Below are positions 1 to 11,599 of a stretch of 64,000 nt of DNA, in pieces (position 1 is the stretch's first letter; each line of letters opens with the position of its first letter). The notes beneath the pieces were generated by a model. It ran no database searches and was not told the DNA's origin. It saw nothing but the letters and a program-made list of their open reading frames with translations. The stretch comes from Raillietiella orientalis (taxonomy: Eukaryota): NCBI GenBank assembly GCA_036172245.1, contig JAYWIR010000017.1:868001-932000 (forward strand), read 5' to 3'. Both the position numbers and the translations under genes were made by a program.

Positions 1-152
1 AACTGTTTGCTCCACTTCGTGACGTTTTCATTACAGAGTCTTTGGTGCTAAACAAAGAATGATCATCAAGTTTTTTTTTCTTCGTTGCTGGTTGTTGTTC
101 TGGCGCTGAGTCCTCTATTCTGTCAAGGTGTCTACTGGCGGTATCGGTCCCA

Positions 153-203
153 ACTCGGAGCGACTTACAGACTTTCTGTTACTGACTCGGAGCGACTTAC
201 AGA
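153..203. repeat. 19-bp direct repeat (actcggagcgacttacaga) x2 with 13-bp spacer
   Basis: Identical 19-mers at 153-171 and 185-203. Confidence 0.85.
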
Positions 204-2134
204 TCAGAAGTTACAGACTCCCTATTCTCGATGCAGCAGAAACGGTTCAAGCACGGAAATGCTCAAAGTCTCGGATGAGAAGAAGGGAAAAGTTCTACGA
301 ACGTGAGAAGAAACGCACAAGCAGTGGCATTCCGTGGACCCCTACATACGACTGTGGAATGCCAGGAAAGCAACATAAGGGACAGAAATTTTGAAGAGAA
401 GCATTCGATCAAGGAACAATCGAAGCATGGAGCATGACCACAGTTACAGACGAGAGAGTGTAAGCAGAAAGTAAGGAGCGTAGAAAATTCAAATGATAAA
501 GAGCAAGGGAACTTGAAGAATAGAAATTTCTTGTTCCCCCTGCAAGAAACCTCGGTCATCCTTCCTGACAACTGCTGCACCCACTCCAGAAAACCTGATG
601 GTCTCTTTCCTTGAAAAAAGCACCACAGTTGATTTGTTTTGTTGGGGTTTTCACCGGGCAGTGAGATTTTGGTCCAGATGTTGCACACTCCTTCCAGAAT
701 GCCACGAGGCATTCACTCCAACGATTCAGATGACGAAGCCAAAAGATGCAAGCTACTTGTTCAGACAAGCTCAGCGCTTGCACGAGGACCAACTAACGCT
801 GAGCTCTGCTCATGCGCACTAGCGCGCGAAAGTGGAGAGAGCTTGTGCTACTAGAAGAAACGAAGAAAAACGAAGTCCATCCTGAAAAGATATCTCCAGA
901 GGGCGAAGTCCCATTTGGATTGTGTGCAAACGTGAGAAGTAACGTAAATGCTTTTTCCCCTTGGGGTGGAAACTGGGAGCGTTCCAGGTGAGACTGAAGA
1001 GACGTTCAGCTGCATGAACCTTGACCTCCATGTTTGAATTGGGATCCAGTGAGGGTGCATACAAGTCACAAGCATCGTATTCGAAAGGACATGCTAAATA
1101 CGGAGATGGTCGGGTCAGAGCTTTAGAATGCAGTGTTGAGAACCTCTTCAGGCGCTTGGAATCTGGAACGAAGAATCAGAGAAGAAAGAGGAGATGCATT
1201 TCCAGGCTTCATGCTGGGAACAGCAGCGTAGCAAAAGGAACTGGCAGAACCTCGAACGGGTATTCTGGATGCGCGGAGAAAAAAACCTCTGGCATCAACC
1301 TCCATCCCTTGTCTCCCTCTCGTTTACATTCCATTTTTCCTGGGCAGCAGGCTATTTGAGCTATCTAATGAGCTATCTGAATTGTGTTACTTGAGTCTTT
1401 GCACCTACAGAGTTCTGCTTGTAGCTCTCGCAACTTCCAGGGAATTCTTTCTTTTGGCGGAGTGCCCAAGCCTGGCTGGAGGGAGCCATAGCGCCTCAAA
1501 CCCCTTTCCTGTAGGCAAAAAACACCCCCGTTCCTCTGCGAGGGCTTCTGAGGCTCTTTGCTCCTAACGAGGCAGGTCTTCCCATCGGCCACGCGGCTCC
1601 GAGCAACGTACATTCTTCCTCTTTTCCTTCACTCGAGAATTTAAGATGCCGTAGCGAGAGTTACGATAGAGTTGTGAGATTAGATGGCTTGTGGATTCTC
1701 CTGATGACCACCCGTCGGCACAGGAGATCGCATCCAGACTACCGGAATGCCACGCCATCTTGGCATGGCTTGCCAGGGGAGCATCAAGAACGATTCTCTT
1801 CACAGGAACCGCCTGCACCCCCCATTCCCGGAAGCCACGTGAAACCTTGGTTAACTTCCGAGTCTGATGCCTCCTTTCCCTTTCCTCGGGAAACAGGATC
1901 TATCTTTTGTAATTGGCCCCCTGTCTTCCTGCCTTCCGTGGGAAGCTGGGAACTGAAACGCTGAGTCAGGAAAGCGTGTCCTTGAGTATTCTACGATTGT
2001 ATTGCTGGCTATGATTTGCAGGGGAAGCTTCAGGGAATGCGAAGTTCGTGAGGTATGCCCACCGGAGGGCAACTGGTCTTCAACTGCCTTCGCAGGGAAC
2101 TGAACGCCAAGCGGACGGGCGGAAGGAACTGCCG

Positions 2135-3087
2135 CTACTGTTTCTTCTTGAATTCTTCCTTTCCATCGTCGTTTATGAGGCAGATGTGCTGAAAGGAAGT
2201 GAGTCGTCTCCTTCATCTTGCCTATCCACCTCACCTCCCACCCATACCCATCCCTCGTCCCTGGACTCACGTTCAGATCCCGGAACACTTCGTTGAAATC
2301 AAAGTCATACCCCACCACGAAGAATTCCTTCGGGACCTCGAAGCCGACATAATCCGGCTTGAAGACCAGCTCCGAGCCGGTCTTCTTCATGAGAGCAACT
2401 ACCCGGATGGATCTGGGCTGGTAATTTCTCAGCTTGGAGACGAACGCTAAGATGGTCTTTCCCGAGTCTATGATGTCCTCGACCACCAGCACATCGCGTC
2501 CAGCTACTGTCTCGGGATTGAAGATCTCGCTGATTGTCATCTCCCCTGACCGGTCGTCCTAAAAGATCGAACCCATCCCAGAACGAGACGGACGGTACCA
2601 TAAGAGGATGATTTTCTTTTCCCCTTTCACCTGGTAGCTGCTGATGCGGACGAACTCCGTGTCGTAGTGCACCTTCCCTTCGGCTCTTCCAAGACGGTTG
2701 CATTTGTCGAAGGCTTTTAGAAGGTCTACGAAGAACTTGTGAGCGCCTTTCAGGATGCAGATGGCGACGAAAGGCGGCGTCTCGAGGAAGTCCTCCAGGA
2801 TGTCGGACGCGAGGCGCTCGATTCTGCAAAGGCGAGGTAGTCGTAGAAGGAGGAATCAATGCGTCGGCAGTTTACCTGTCTTGAATTAAGCCCTCAGGAA
2901 CCAGCACGCACTTCAAGTAGGGCTTGTAGCGCTCAGAGAGAACGAAGGCGGACGTGTCGTACCCGGCGAATTTTTTTGACATCTGTGGGAGAAGGGAGAA
3001 ACGCTTCTGGCTCCGCACCTTTCCCCGAAAACGTTACCGACGTACCTTTAAGTAGCTCCTGTTCCCGGATGTGCTCACCACTTCCAT
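2135..3087 (-). CDS. HPRT: Hypoxanthine-guanine phosphoribosyltransferase, 5 coding exons: 3087-3046, 2982-2876, 2823-2631, 2558-2271, 2188-2135 (227 aa)
   Basis: Manual splicing at GT..AG introns of 63, 52, 72 and 82 nt gives one open frame: [145 protein letters not shown]. The type I PRTase PRPP motif ([10 protein letters not shown]), LKG loop, SY loop II and C-terminal FRDL/HIC motifs are all present. Exon 1 is the least certain part. Confidence 0.95.
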
Positions 3088-3384
3088 CGCCGTCTTGCTT
3101 CCCGATTCCCTTGCGTTTTTTCTTGGAAGGCAAAGAAAAATCTCCTCAAAAAGGATTTTAAAACTCGTTCCGAATCAGGTGAACGTTACCCTGGTTACAA
3201 GAGAGTGATGGGCTGTGGGAGACAAAATGAATGACGACTGAATGCGCGCAGCCGGGGCATTCGATATGCTCTCCAGATTCCGTCAAATGTAGGTAGCTAC
3301 GACAGCGGAATGAATGTGCTCATTCGTCTTCGCAGGCAACGCTGTGAAGACATACAGATCGCATCAGCGATGAAACCCTATTCA

Positions 3385-3415
3385 CGCCGGAAACGGGGGG
3401 GTAAGGTTTCCGGCG
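3385..3415. promoter_or_regulatory. 10-bp inverted repeat (cgccggaaac / gtttccggcg) with ETS-like CCGGAA cores upstream of HPRT
   Basis: Arms at 3385-3394 and 3406-3415, about 300 nt upstream of the HPRT ATG. The regulatory role is inferred only. Confidence 0.3.
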
Positions 3416-5079
3416 GGCTGAGTCCTTGAATATTCCTCGACCAAGGTTATGTCACTGAATGCCGGTGAAAGCCAGGAGCTGACAGTGCCGAAACGGTTTC
3501 CTTGGATTGGGCTTTCGCGTTTTGGGGAGGCGAAGCGGGTATGCGGGGAAGAGAATGAAGTGCTCCGTGAGAAGGGGAAGAGAATCTACGTTTTTGTTCA
3601 CCCGCTCTCCCGCTACGCAGATGAAAGCAGGGCTCCCAATTAACCATATCCCTCGAGGAAGCTCTGTGATGGACCTTCCCGCGTTCATAATAAATAAATT
3701 CCAGACGCCTTGGATCGCGTGTCTCTGTGTTCAGGTTGCGAATGATCCCGGCAGACCAAGATTGCACATAACAGTGGGTGAAGGCTGATATCTACATCTC
3801 CACAAGATAGCTTCCGCTCCATAACCAGAAGTGTCAACCAATTTAAGAACAACAGTTCGTGACCCCCATTGTAAATGGTTCAGAGATGTCAGTACGAGGG
3901 ATGGATACTTTGGAGGTGCACTTCACCCCATCTTCAGTATCAGGATATGTCGAAGCAACCAACCCTCTACATGCCCTAGCGTTTGACCATAGATTAAGGA
4001 AACACATTGGAAGTCAGTCAGTTCCCTCAGTGATAAAACAGGATGATAGGACAATCTTCCAGGAGACTTTTGGTACAGGAGGTGCCTTCGAAACAATCCT
4101 TCGTCCTTTAACATCCCTGAGAGGTCCCAAGAGTTTCTAATTTCCATACCTGATACACTTGACGGTCCGGAAATTACGACGGAATGTGCGTTCATTTCAG
4201 ATCCCCCTCTTTTCCATTAGCGTTTGTTTACAAACGACTTCTTGTCTCCAAGAGACGTTTCATCGTAGCAGACTCAGAATAAGGACCATTTACCGAGCTC
4301 TCTAAAAGCGCTTTCGAAATGAAAGGCTTCGCGTTAATAGGGAAATGTTTTGACTAGATTATGGAGATAAGAGTTGATGATCATGTGTAAGTAGCACTGT
4401 TTCTTCGTGTCAAGAGGAGGCATTGGTTCAAAGAGCAATACAGCAATTATAGATTATTTTTTTGAGGGGTGGGAGGACAGTCTGCTCTCGATCCACCTTT
4501 TCCTTCCAGATCGGGGAATGGTGGAGGCCTCAAGGAAATCTGATCTTCGCAGAAGAGCTCTTGTCCTGTCCTAAGGCTTCTCAGATTGAAAAAGAAAAGG
4601 CAAGCCCGTAACCTTGGAGGTCATTTCGAATGCTCAGACACGGTAAGATTCACTACTTTACTCCCCTCGAATCTTCAGTTGACTTGTGGAGTTCACCATC
4701 GTATCGAATGCGTTACTGTCCAAGAGAGAGCCCGCGAGTCTGCTTCTTTGGAGGAAGGCATAGCAGGAAAGAGGGAACTTGTTGGTACCGGCATGATATG
4801 CCGCTACTCTTTCTTCCGCTCTACTGTATCTTAAGAGTGACTCACGGACCATGATCTCACAGCACACACTTTTAATCAGCCATCAAAGTGTAGTATCTGC
4901 AAGTAAATGAAAACTCTGGAGTAAATGGGTGCCTCGGTCGTTAAAATAAGGTTTTCCAGAACGGTAGCCATGCCATTGCTCTTCATCATTAAACTTTGAG
5001 TCCAGCCTTCTTGAATTCCGGAATCACTTGGCATCTGCATTCCTCTAAATGGGTGCACAGTAATCGTGTACAAAATGTA

Positions 5080-5830
5080 CCAAAACGGCAAATGAAAGTG
5101 GGGGAAGGTCATTTCTCCTACGCAAGGGCAGAGAGGTTGACATGTACCCTCTCGAGCGCGCACACTGCGAGGAGAGAGCGTGACCTCTTTACCGAAGCAG
5201 CGAATGACCTCGCCTGCCACTCGTCACGTGCAAACCACGGAGACGGGAGCGCCGGTTCACGCCTTATGCACGGGCTACCCGACCTTAAGAGATTGGCGTT
5301 CGGGGCACCGGGCGGGGCAGACCTCCCAGTGAGCTCTCCCAGGAGACCCTCGCATGGAGCGGGAGCTCTCAGAGCGACGGTCGGCCATTGGTGATCGGCA
5401 TCCGAGGCCCTTTGGCTCCATACGGTCTCCCAATTAGCTCACGGAAGCGAGAGACGCTCTCTCGCACGGAGGGGTGGCACTCTTCCAGGCAGGGCGGCGG
5501 TGGACTCGCCTCAGTCCCGAACATCAGCATGCATGAGGCTCCCCTTGGATGGAGCATTGCAGGGTCAACAGCGTCTGATCTCCGAAGACGACTGCGACGA
5601 CACCAGGCATCATGATGTCCTCCTCTCGGCTACGTGAGCTACCTGCGCTTCAAACTCCGTCGGAGAACATCGCGAGAGAAGCGCGCAGGAGGCAGTGGGC
5701 TCTCATCAGGGATGCTCGCGAGATTTCTTCATAACCGGAATGGCGGACGCACTGGAAGCGTCGCTACGGCTCAGACAAGCGCTCCAGAGCACCGCTGCCT
5801 GATAGGACAGAGTGGAGGACGTTCTCTCGG
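5080..5830 (+). pseudogene. Decayed multicopy gene fragment, possibly NACHT helical/winged-helix region
   Basis: DNA similarity to 45965-46435 and 7483-7601 is directly visible. Translation LPLDGALQGQQRLISEDD resembles the NACHT 'LAxeGLxxxxLxFsEeD' segment; many stops and frameshifts. Confidence 0.3.
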
Positions 5831-7482
5831 AGTCCCTCTTGCTCCGTGGCAGAACAGAAAAAGTGGTCTGTTTTACCAGGAGCTCCTTCTCGCTTCCCCT
5901 GGAGAAGGAAGTGGGAGCCTTGAAGAACTCCCAGGGCAGCGCTGCCCTTGGGAGCGAGCGAGGAGCCCCGCTGCAAAGAAAGGGATGTGAGCGCAACGTT
6001 CGCTGGTGCGATCTTGAAGTTCTCTGGAATTCCGGGTTCCGATGTAGAAAGAACAGGAGCAGGAGGCGACAGCTCCGGTGGTGTGCGTGCGGCTGCTTAG
6101 AGATCACGAGGAAAGGAAGAAGGCCGGAAGGAGGAGGAAGACGGGCTGAAAAGAAAAACGCCGAGGACGGATTCCCAATCACAGAACCTTGAGCCGCAGG
6201 CTTCAAGGAAGAGCTTTCGTCTGCAGGCGCTCCAAGTGAGGTTTCTTGCTACTTTTCGCCGTCAATGGGTTCTTTCAACGAAGGGCATCGCCTACTCCCC
6301 TTCCCTCACCTTCTCCCAGAGCGCCACGACGAGAATCAATTAGTCGGGGGGCAATCGTGGGACTAACGCGTGGGTCGATCCTGCAAGGACGGGAAAACGG
6401 CAGCTCGGAGAAGAAGCTCCATTCAGAGCGCACACAAGGAAACGCAGTAAGTCTGTCTCGGTCTGGAGATGAGTGGTCAGCAAGGGACTAAGAAGGGCAG
6501 ATGGGCCTCCGGAAGGGTCCGTGGAAGCCAACACGGTTTGGAAACACGGTCGCCTTCTAAATCGCGTTGAATTCCCAGACCCTTGCTCTCTCTTCGATCT
6601 GCGGATCCCGGTTAGCACAGCAGCGATGATCTGTTCTTTTCTTCCTCTGGGAACCACAAAAAGGACCCTTCCTTCCTGGAACGAACCCGAGGTAGGACTG
6701 CGGCACGCTTCTTCAATATTTTCCTTTGAGGCTCCGGAGACAGGCTCGTGGCGACAGGAATTCCGGACCGACTTGTGCTTCCAGAAGGGAGCACGGCGGG
6801 TTCAAGCCGGCCACACAGAGGTGCCGCTACGAGATGATGGCTCCCATACCGTCCAGATGGTTCTCCGACTCAAATGTGTTCCTCCTGAAGGAGCAGGAGG
6901 GCTTCCTTTCCGCTCTGCACACGGAAACACAAACAAACAAATAAACAGGTCGCCGCCGGTCAGTTTGTACTTCATCGTATAATTTCGTCATCTACGTTGG
7001 GATCGAGTACGATCCACAGCTGTCCGGGAAGTTTTCTGGAGCTTGGTCGCCGAGGACAAAACCTTTTGCTATGCAGCGCGCTCCTGGACCACGTGGAGAT
7101 ATGCCGATGCACAGCGCGGAGGTCGTCCCGCTGACGAACAGCTCTTCTCCGGGCGTCAGACTGAGGCAGACGCAGGCGCATCCTCCCTCCTCGTGAGGCA
7201 GCACCGGCAATTCCAAAGAGGAGCATTCCTGAGTTGATAAAAGGCCTCCTGGATCCTTCTCCTCGTCCCACATGCCCCGATGGTGTACCGGGATTTCTCG
7301 GCAGCAAGTGTTTCTGAGAGACTTCGAGGGGCGAATGGTCTTCCTCGTTGCCTTGGAGGAGGTGAGCAGGCGGCGGCGAGATCGGCTGCTGTTGAGACAC
7401 TTTTCTACTGTGTGGCACCTCAGGGACACGAGAGAGGGATTCCTCCTGTGGACGCACCGTCCTTGCCTGCGTTTCGTACGTA

Positions 7483-7601
7483 GCGCCCCTTGGGCGGAGC
7501 ATTGAAGGGTCAGCAATGTCTGATCTCCGAAGACAACTGCAACAGCGTCAGGCATCCCGATGTCCGCCTTTAGACTGAGTAAGCTATCTGCGCTTGAAAC
7601 T
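7483..7601 (+). repeat. Paralog of 5538-5656
   Basis: ccccttgggcggagcattgaagggtcagcaatgtctgatctccgaagacaactgc aligns with ccccttggatggagcattgcagggtcaacagcgtctgatctccgaagacgactgc. Confidence 0.8.
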
Positions 7602-9429
7602 TAACCAGAGGATTCGTTGCCAAGCAACGAAAAGCTTGTTGCGTCGGGCCGTCACGGCACGCAGCTGCGCATTCTTAAGCGGATGGTGCAAGTGCTGCGG
7701 ATGCGTGCGCTCATCAATACATTCCGAGTTTGGATGCCCCGTTCTCCTTTCTACCACCTTCCTCTGTTGTGAAGGCGATGGTGCACCAAAGTCTTAGCAG
7801 GCAGTAAGACATGGGCACCATCCTGCCTCCTTCCAGAGGCGCGTCGTGCCCGGGTGGTTACTGGCGTGAGAAATGCCGCTTCTACCGTGCCCTTACGCTA
7901 CCTGCTTCAGACGGAGCCTTCGGAAAGTCCTGGAAAAAACTCGCATTGAAGCTCTTGTCCCTCCTCGTCCCACCTTTCCTCTTTCTCCCGTTAACACAGA
8001 GGATTGCTTCGGTCTTCTTTGACACACTCCTCCCGAACGCAGCTCCGAATATTCAAGGGGTGCAGCGTGGGATCTCCGGGATCGAAGGCTTGGGAAAGGA
8101 GGTTCTGCAGGGACATGCGTAACCCCCATGCCCTCGTGTCCCTCGCGAAGCGCAGCCCTGAGAACTTTCGGCCGAGGATGAGATTGCGATTCCACGTCCT
8201 CGTGCTTTTTCGCCACGTGACTTTCCATCGAGGGCAGATCGATCCCTCCTTGGGAATTGCCGCTCGCCGTGCTTTGATCGACAGCTCGAAATGGAATTTC
8301 GATGGCTTTTAAGAGAGCCGGAGGGAGGAGGAGGAGAGTGGTATCCCCGTCGCACCTGCCATGGGCAGGAGGCAACTTCCTGGCGAAACGCAGAGGATCC
8401 TCTGCTTTTCGGCAGGCGCACGCGAGAGAGAGAGCCACATGTGAGCAGGGGAGAAGCACGTGGCTTGTGGATGTGCACGACGCAGACTGTCTTGAAAGTA
8501 TTCGTCCCAAAACACGTCTGCCTCCGGGAGCATTCCTTCACACACACAGTCTTTCGCTCCCCCCCCCCCCCCACGTTTGATACGGAGCAGCTGGAGGACG
8601 CTGAGTGCAAACTGAGTGTTTCTGGTGCTGATAAATTTCTGGAGGCTCCGGTTGCCCAGAGCAGCATGGACGGTAGGTTGATGGAGAGCTATATTGTGCA
8701 TGAACAATCTGAAGAGAGTATCCACGGAAGAATTAAGGAGGAGATGCAAGAGGCCAAGAGGCCTCCCTCACAGGAAAGCCAGAGTCTCTGATATGGCTCG
8801 GTGTCATGCATGCGCCATCTTTTAAAACAAACTCTTGAGCCGTGCATCGCGATGAAAACGTCGTAACTGCCCCTCGCCACCGGAGCGAGAATCTGCTAAT
8901 CAGAAGTAATGAAATGTGCCAGATTTCATTGCTCCCGGGTTCAAAAAGGATTAGGTATACATCTCTCACGGTTGGTCATTCTCAGGTTGCAAAGAAGGCT
9001 AGGGGAATCCGAGAATGTCTGCAAACAGTGGATAGCCCTCTGGTTCGTGACATATGAGACGCGCTCTGTGCATTCCCTGGAGCAGAGCCCGTTTGCTGCC
9101 TTGAGCGCTCACCAAACTCAATTTCGAAAGCCTAAAGTCGCTCGACCTTTCACCTGCTGATACGGGAGTCTCGAAGAGAAGATTTTATGGAAATAGGAAG
9201 CTGATGTGACTTGTGTGGACAAGCAGGTCGTCCGCTGGCGGTTTTTAATTTATCTCGCACGTGACCACTCGCGTTGTCTTTCTGTAAGCCTTTCTTCATC
9301 TCCTTGGATCCACGAACGGACGATTACTGCGCTAACATGCAATCTCTTCTGTTTCTCGCCGTCCTCTTGGAAACGCATCTCCAGACGGAAAAAACACCAT
9401 CAACAGTTTCAGATCGAGTCGGTGAGAAA

Positions 9430-9900
9430 TCGGAATGAAGACGGAGCAAGGTTTGCTCGCATCCCTGCTCCAGCGAATGCAATGAGAGAGGCATCGATGC
9501 AACAGCACTCTGGTAATGATTTCTCGTTTGAACATCCCAATAGGGTGTGATGGCAATTTGATGTGCATTTCCATGGCAATGATACATTCGCTGTGTGCGG
9601 CCCATGCTAAAGAAGTGAAATACTGGCTCGTGGCAAACGCATCACTTTTTGTTGGCGAGCGATCTGTACAGTACAGAGAACTGTCCAGTGGGGCACTGGA
9701 GCGTTCCCAGGTTTCACAGCCACCGTGAGGTGCAGGAATTGGAAGTTTGGCCTTTGCCCTGAGGTATGCGAGCAGGTGTCTCCATCTTCCAGCAGAGGAG
9801 ATCTCGCGGAGATGAGCCCAGTCTTCAAGTGCTGTCTGTTGCATAGCGCTGTGTACGGTTCAGTGAAGCTCGTGTCAAAGGATGATGCCATCAGGGAAAC
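9430..9900 (-). pseudogene. Possible ankyrin-repeat remnant
   Basis: Degenerate ankyrin-like pieces FLHLTVAVKPGN and SLL*HGPHTANV across broken frames. Confidence 0.22.
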
Positions 9901-10027
9901 GGAATCCAACTGTAAGGGGAGGTGTTTTTTAACAGGTCTTGTTTTTTTTTTTCTTCTTCTTTTCCAGCCATTGTTTCCTCTTGTGCCAAGGAGGTAAACT
10001 GGAGGGTGAAGAGACCAGAAGCAGGAA

Positions 10028-11040
10028 TGGAAGAGCAAAACTTCTTAAAAAATGGATACTTGGACAATCTGGCATGGATATTTTCGGCAACATTTCTTTT
10101 TCCCCCTTTCCTCAGCCTGGGCTACAAGACCGACGACCGCTATCGGATTCGAAAGACCGATGTCGCTGCTATGAATCAGCTTCAGCAGGATGGAGCCCTT
10201 CTGCTTGCTCTTGAGACAAATGGCTGCCTACTGGAGGAGAACCAGCAAATCCTCTGACATCTCACAAACTGGATTGCTCGTAGGCTGGAGGCTGCGGACA
10301 CTTGGGCACGTCTGGGGGTCGTCAATTTGGAATCTTTCCGCGATAAAAACCTTCTCGCCGCTCTGGAGGAACCCCTCTGAGGGAGATGAAACAGACGTAG
10401 AGCTGCGCATCTTCCGCGCTCTTAGATATACCTCTGTCTTCCTCAAGGGGGAAAATAACGATAGAAAGATGGGAGAAGACGGAAGAGTGGGAGCTCTTTT
10501 GAACCACTACAGCAAATGCGAAGCTCCTGAGAGGATGGCCGATAGCATAACTGGTCGATATACCTCCTGCAGTGATGCACACACAAAAAAGCCTGCTTCA
10601 CTGGGAGGAACTACTAGTCCTCCCTCCAAATGAACTAGTGGACTCTCCCTCATGTACAGTCAACTCAGAGCTCCCTCTCAGGAGTTAACAATTAGCGGAA
10701 CTCTTTCTTCACTGGGCCATGCTGGACCATCACTGCATGTGGAAGATTCTACCCAAGCTGTGTTGGGTGAGAGAGAACGCTATTCGCTTTTGAGTCCTTC
10801 TCACACTCACTACTGAACCACAGCATTTTTGTTCGTGAATGGAGGCATCTAGAAACAGTCCTCTCATAGCCGAACGACAGCATTGCAACATCTCCAGGAA
10901 GCTGCCACCATTCTTCCTTACTGAGGATGTCTTTCGCTAGCTACGGAGATTGCAGCCTTGAATTGCATTGGCAGCATAACAACAGCGCACCTTGCGGTGA
11001 CATGGAACTGCGTCTACACAACCGTGTACCCGCTTCGAAG
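10028..11040 (+). pseudogene. Possible death-fold/ankyrin remnant
   Basis: YLDNLAWIF..LSLGYKTDDRYRI is death-fold-like, followed by TTALQH and TTAHLAV ankyrin-like pieces; interrupted by stops. Confidence 0.2.
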
Positions 11041-11599
11041 ATGATATGATTCCTTCTGGAACACGCATTAAAAAAAGATCTTCCCCACATTATTTACAGG
11101 CTGTAACAGAAAAGTGTCGTCCTCTGTGCAGCCGATCCTTGTTTATTTACTTTTAGTTATTGACTCTTTTTTCCCTCACTGCCCTTAGTGAGCCGACAAC
11201 TGATCTGCAGGCCAAGATTATACTCGAGCTCAATGACTGACCTCTGTAGGAACCTAATTGCTACGTAGAATTTTTGTATAACCGTTGTTAGAACTAGCGA
11301 AAAGAGTAAAAGCTGTTCCTTGATCTCTTACTCGAAATGATGGAGAATAGGGTGAAGATGAAGAGAGTCTGTGGCTTTCCACAAGCTCCTCAAGAAATCC
11401 TTAAGAAAAAATGATGACACGGAAAGTAAAGAGTTAAAAGCTGTAATTTGGATAGGATACAAGTGGATGGAACTCTAATTCAGGAGATTTAGCCTCATGC
11501 AGTGGCTGTGCAACCAGAATCGGCGTCTCCTTGAGAGGCAAATCTCGAACCGCGATAGACTGCGGAGCTCTGTCATTCCCAACGCCTCAACCCCGTAGT

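Noticed and set aside
153..220. Repeat-spacer-repeat resembling a mini CRISPR
   Set aside because: Only two 19-bp units with a 13-bp spacer, in a eukaryotic context with no cas genes; a simple local duplication.
1851..2540. 229-aa ORF-track call as a standalone HPRT
   Set aside because: Only its first 90 codons belong to HPRT exon 4; the rest reads through intron 4 and off-frame. Replaced by the spliced model.
3810..3860. Septin/GTPase-like VVLKLVDTSGYG on the minus strand
   Set aside because: Isolated motif with no G1 or G4 motif in frame; likely chance or an unassignable remnant.
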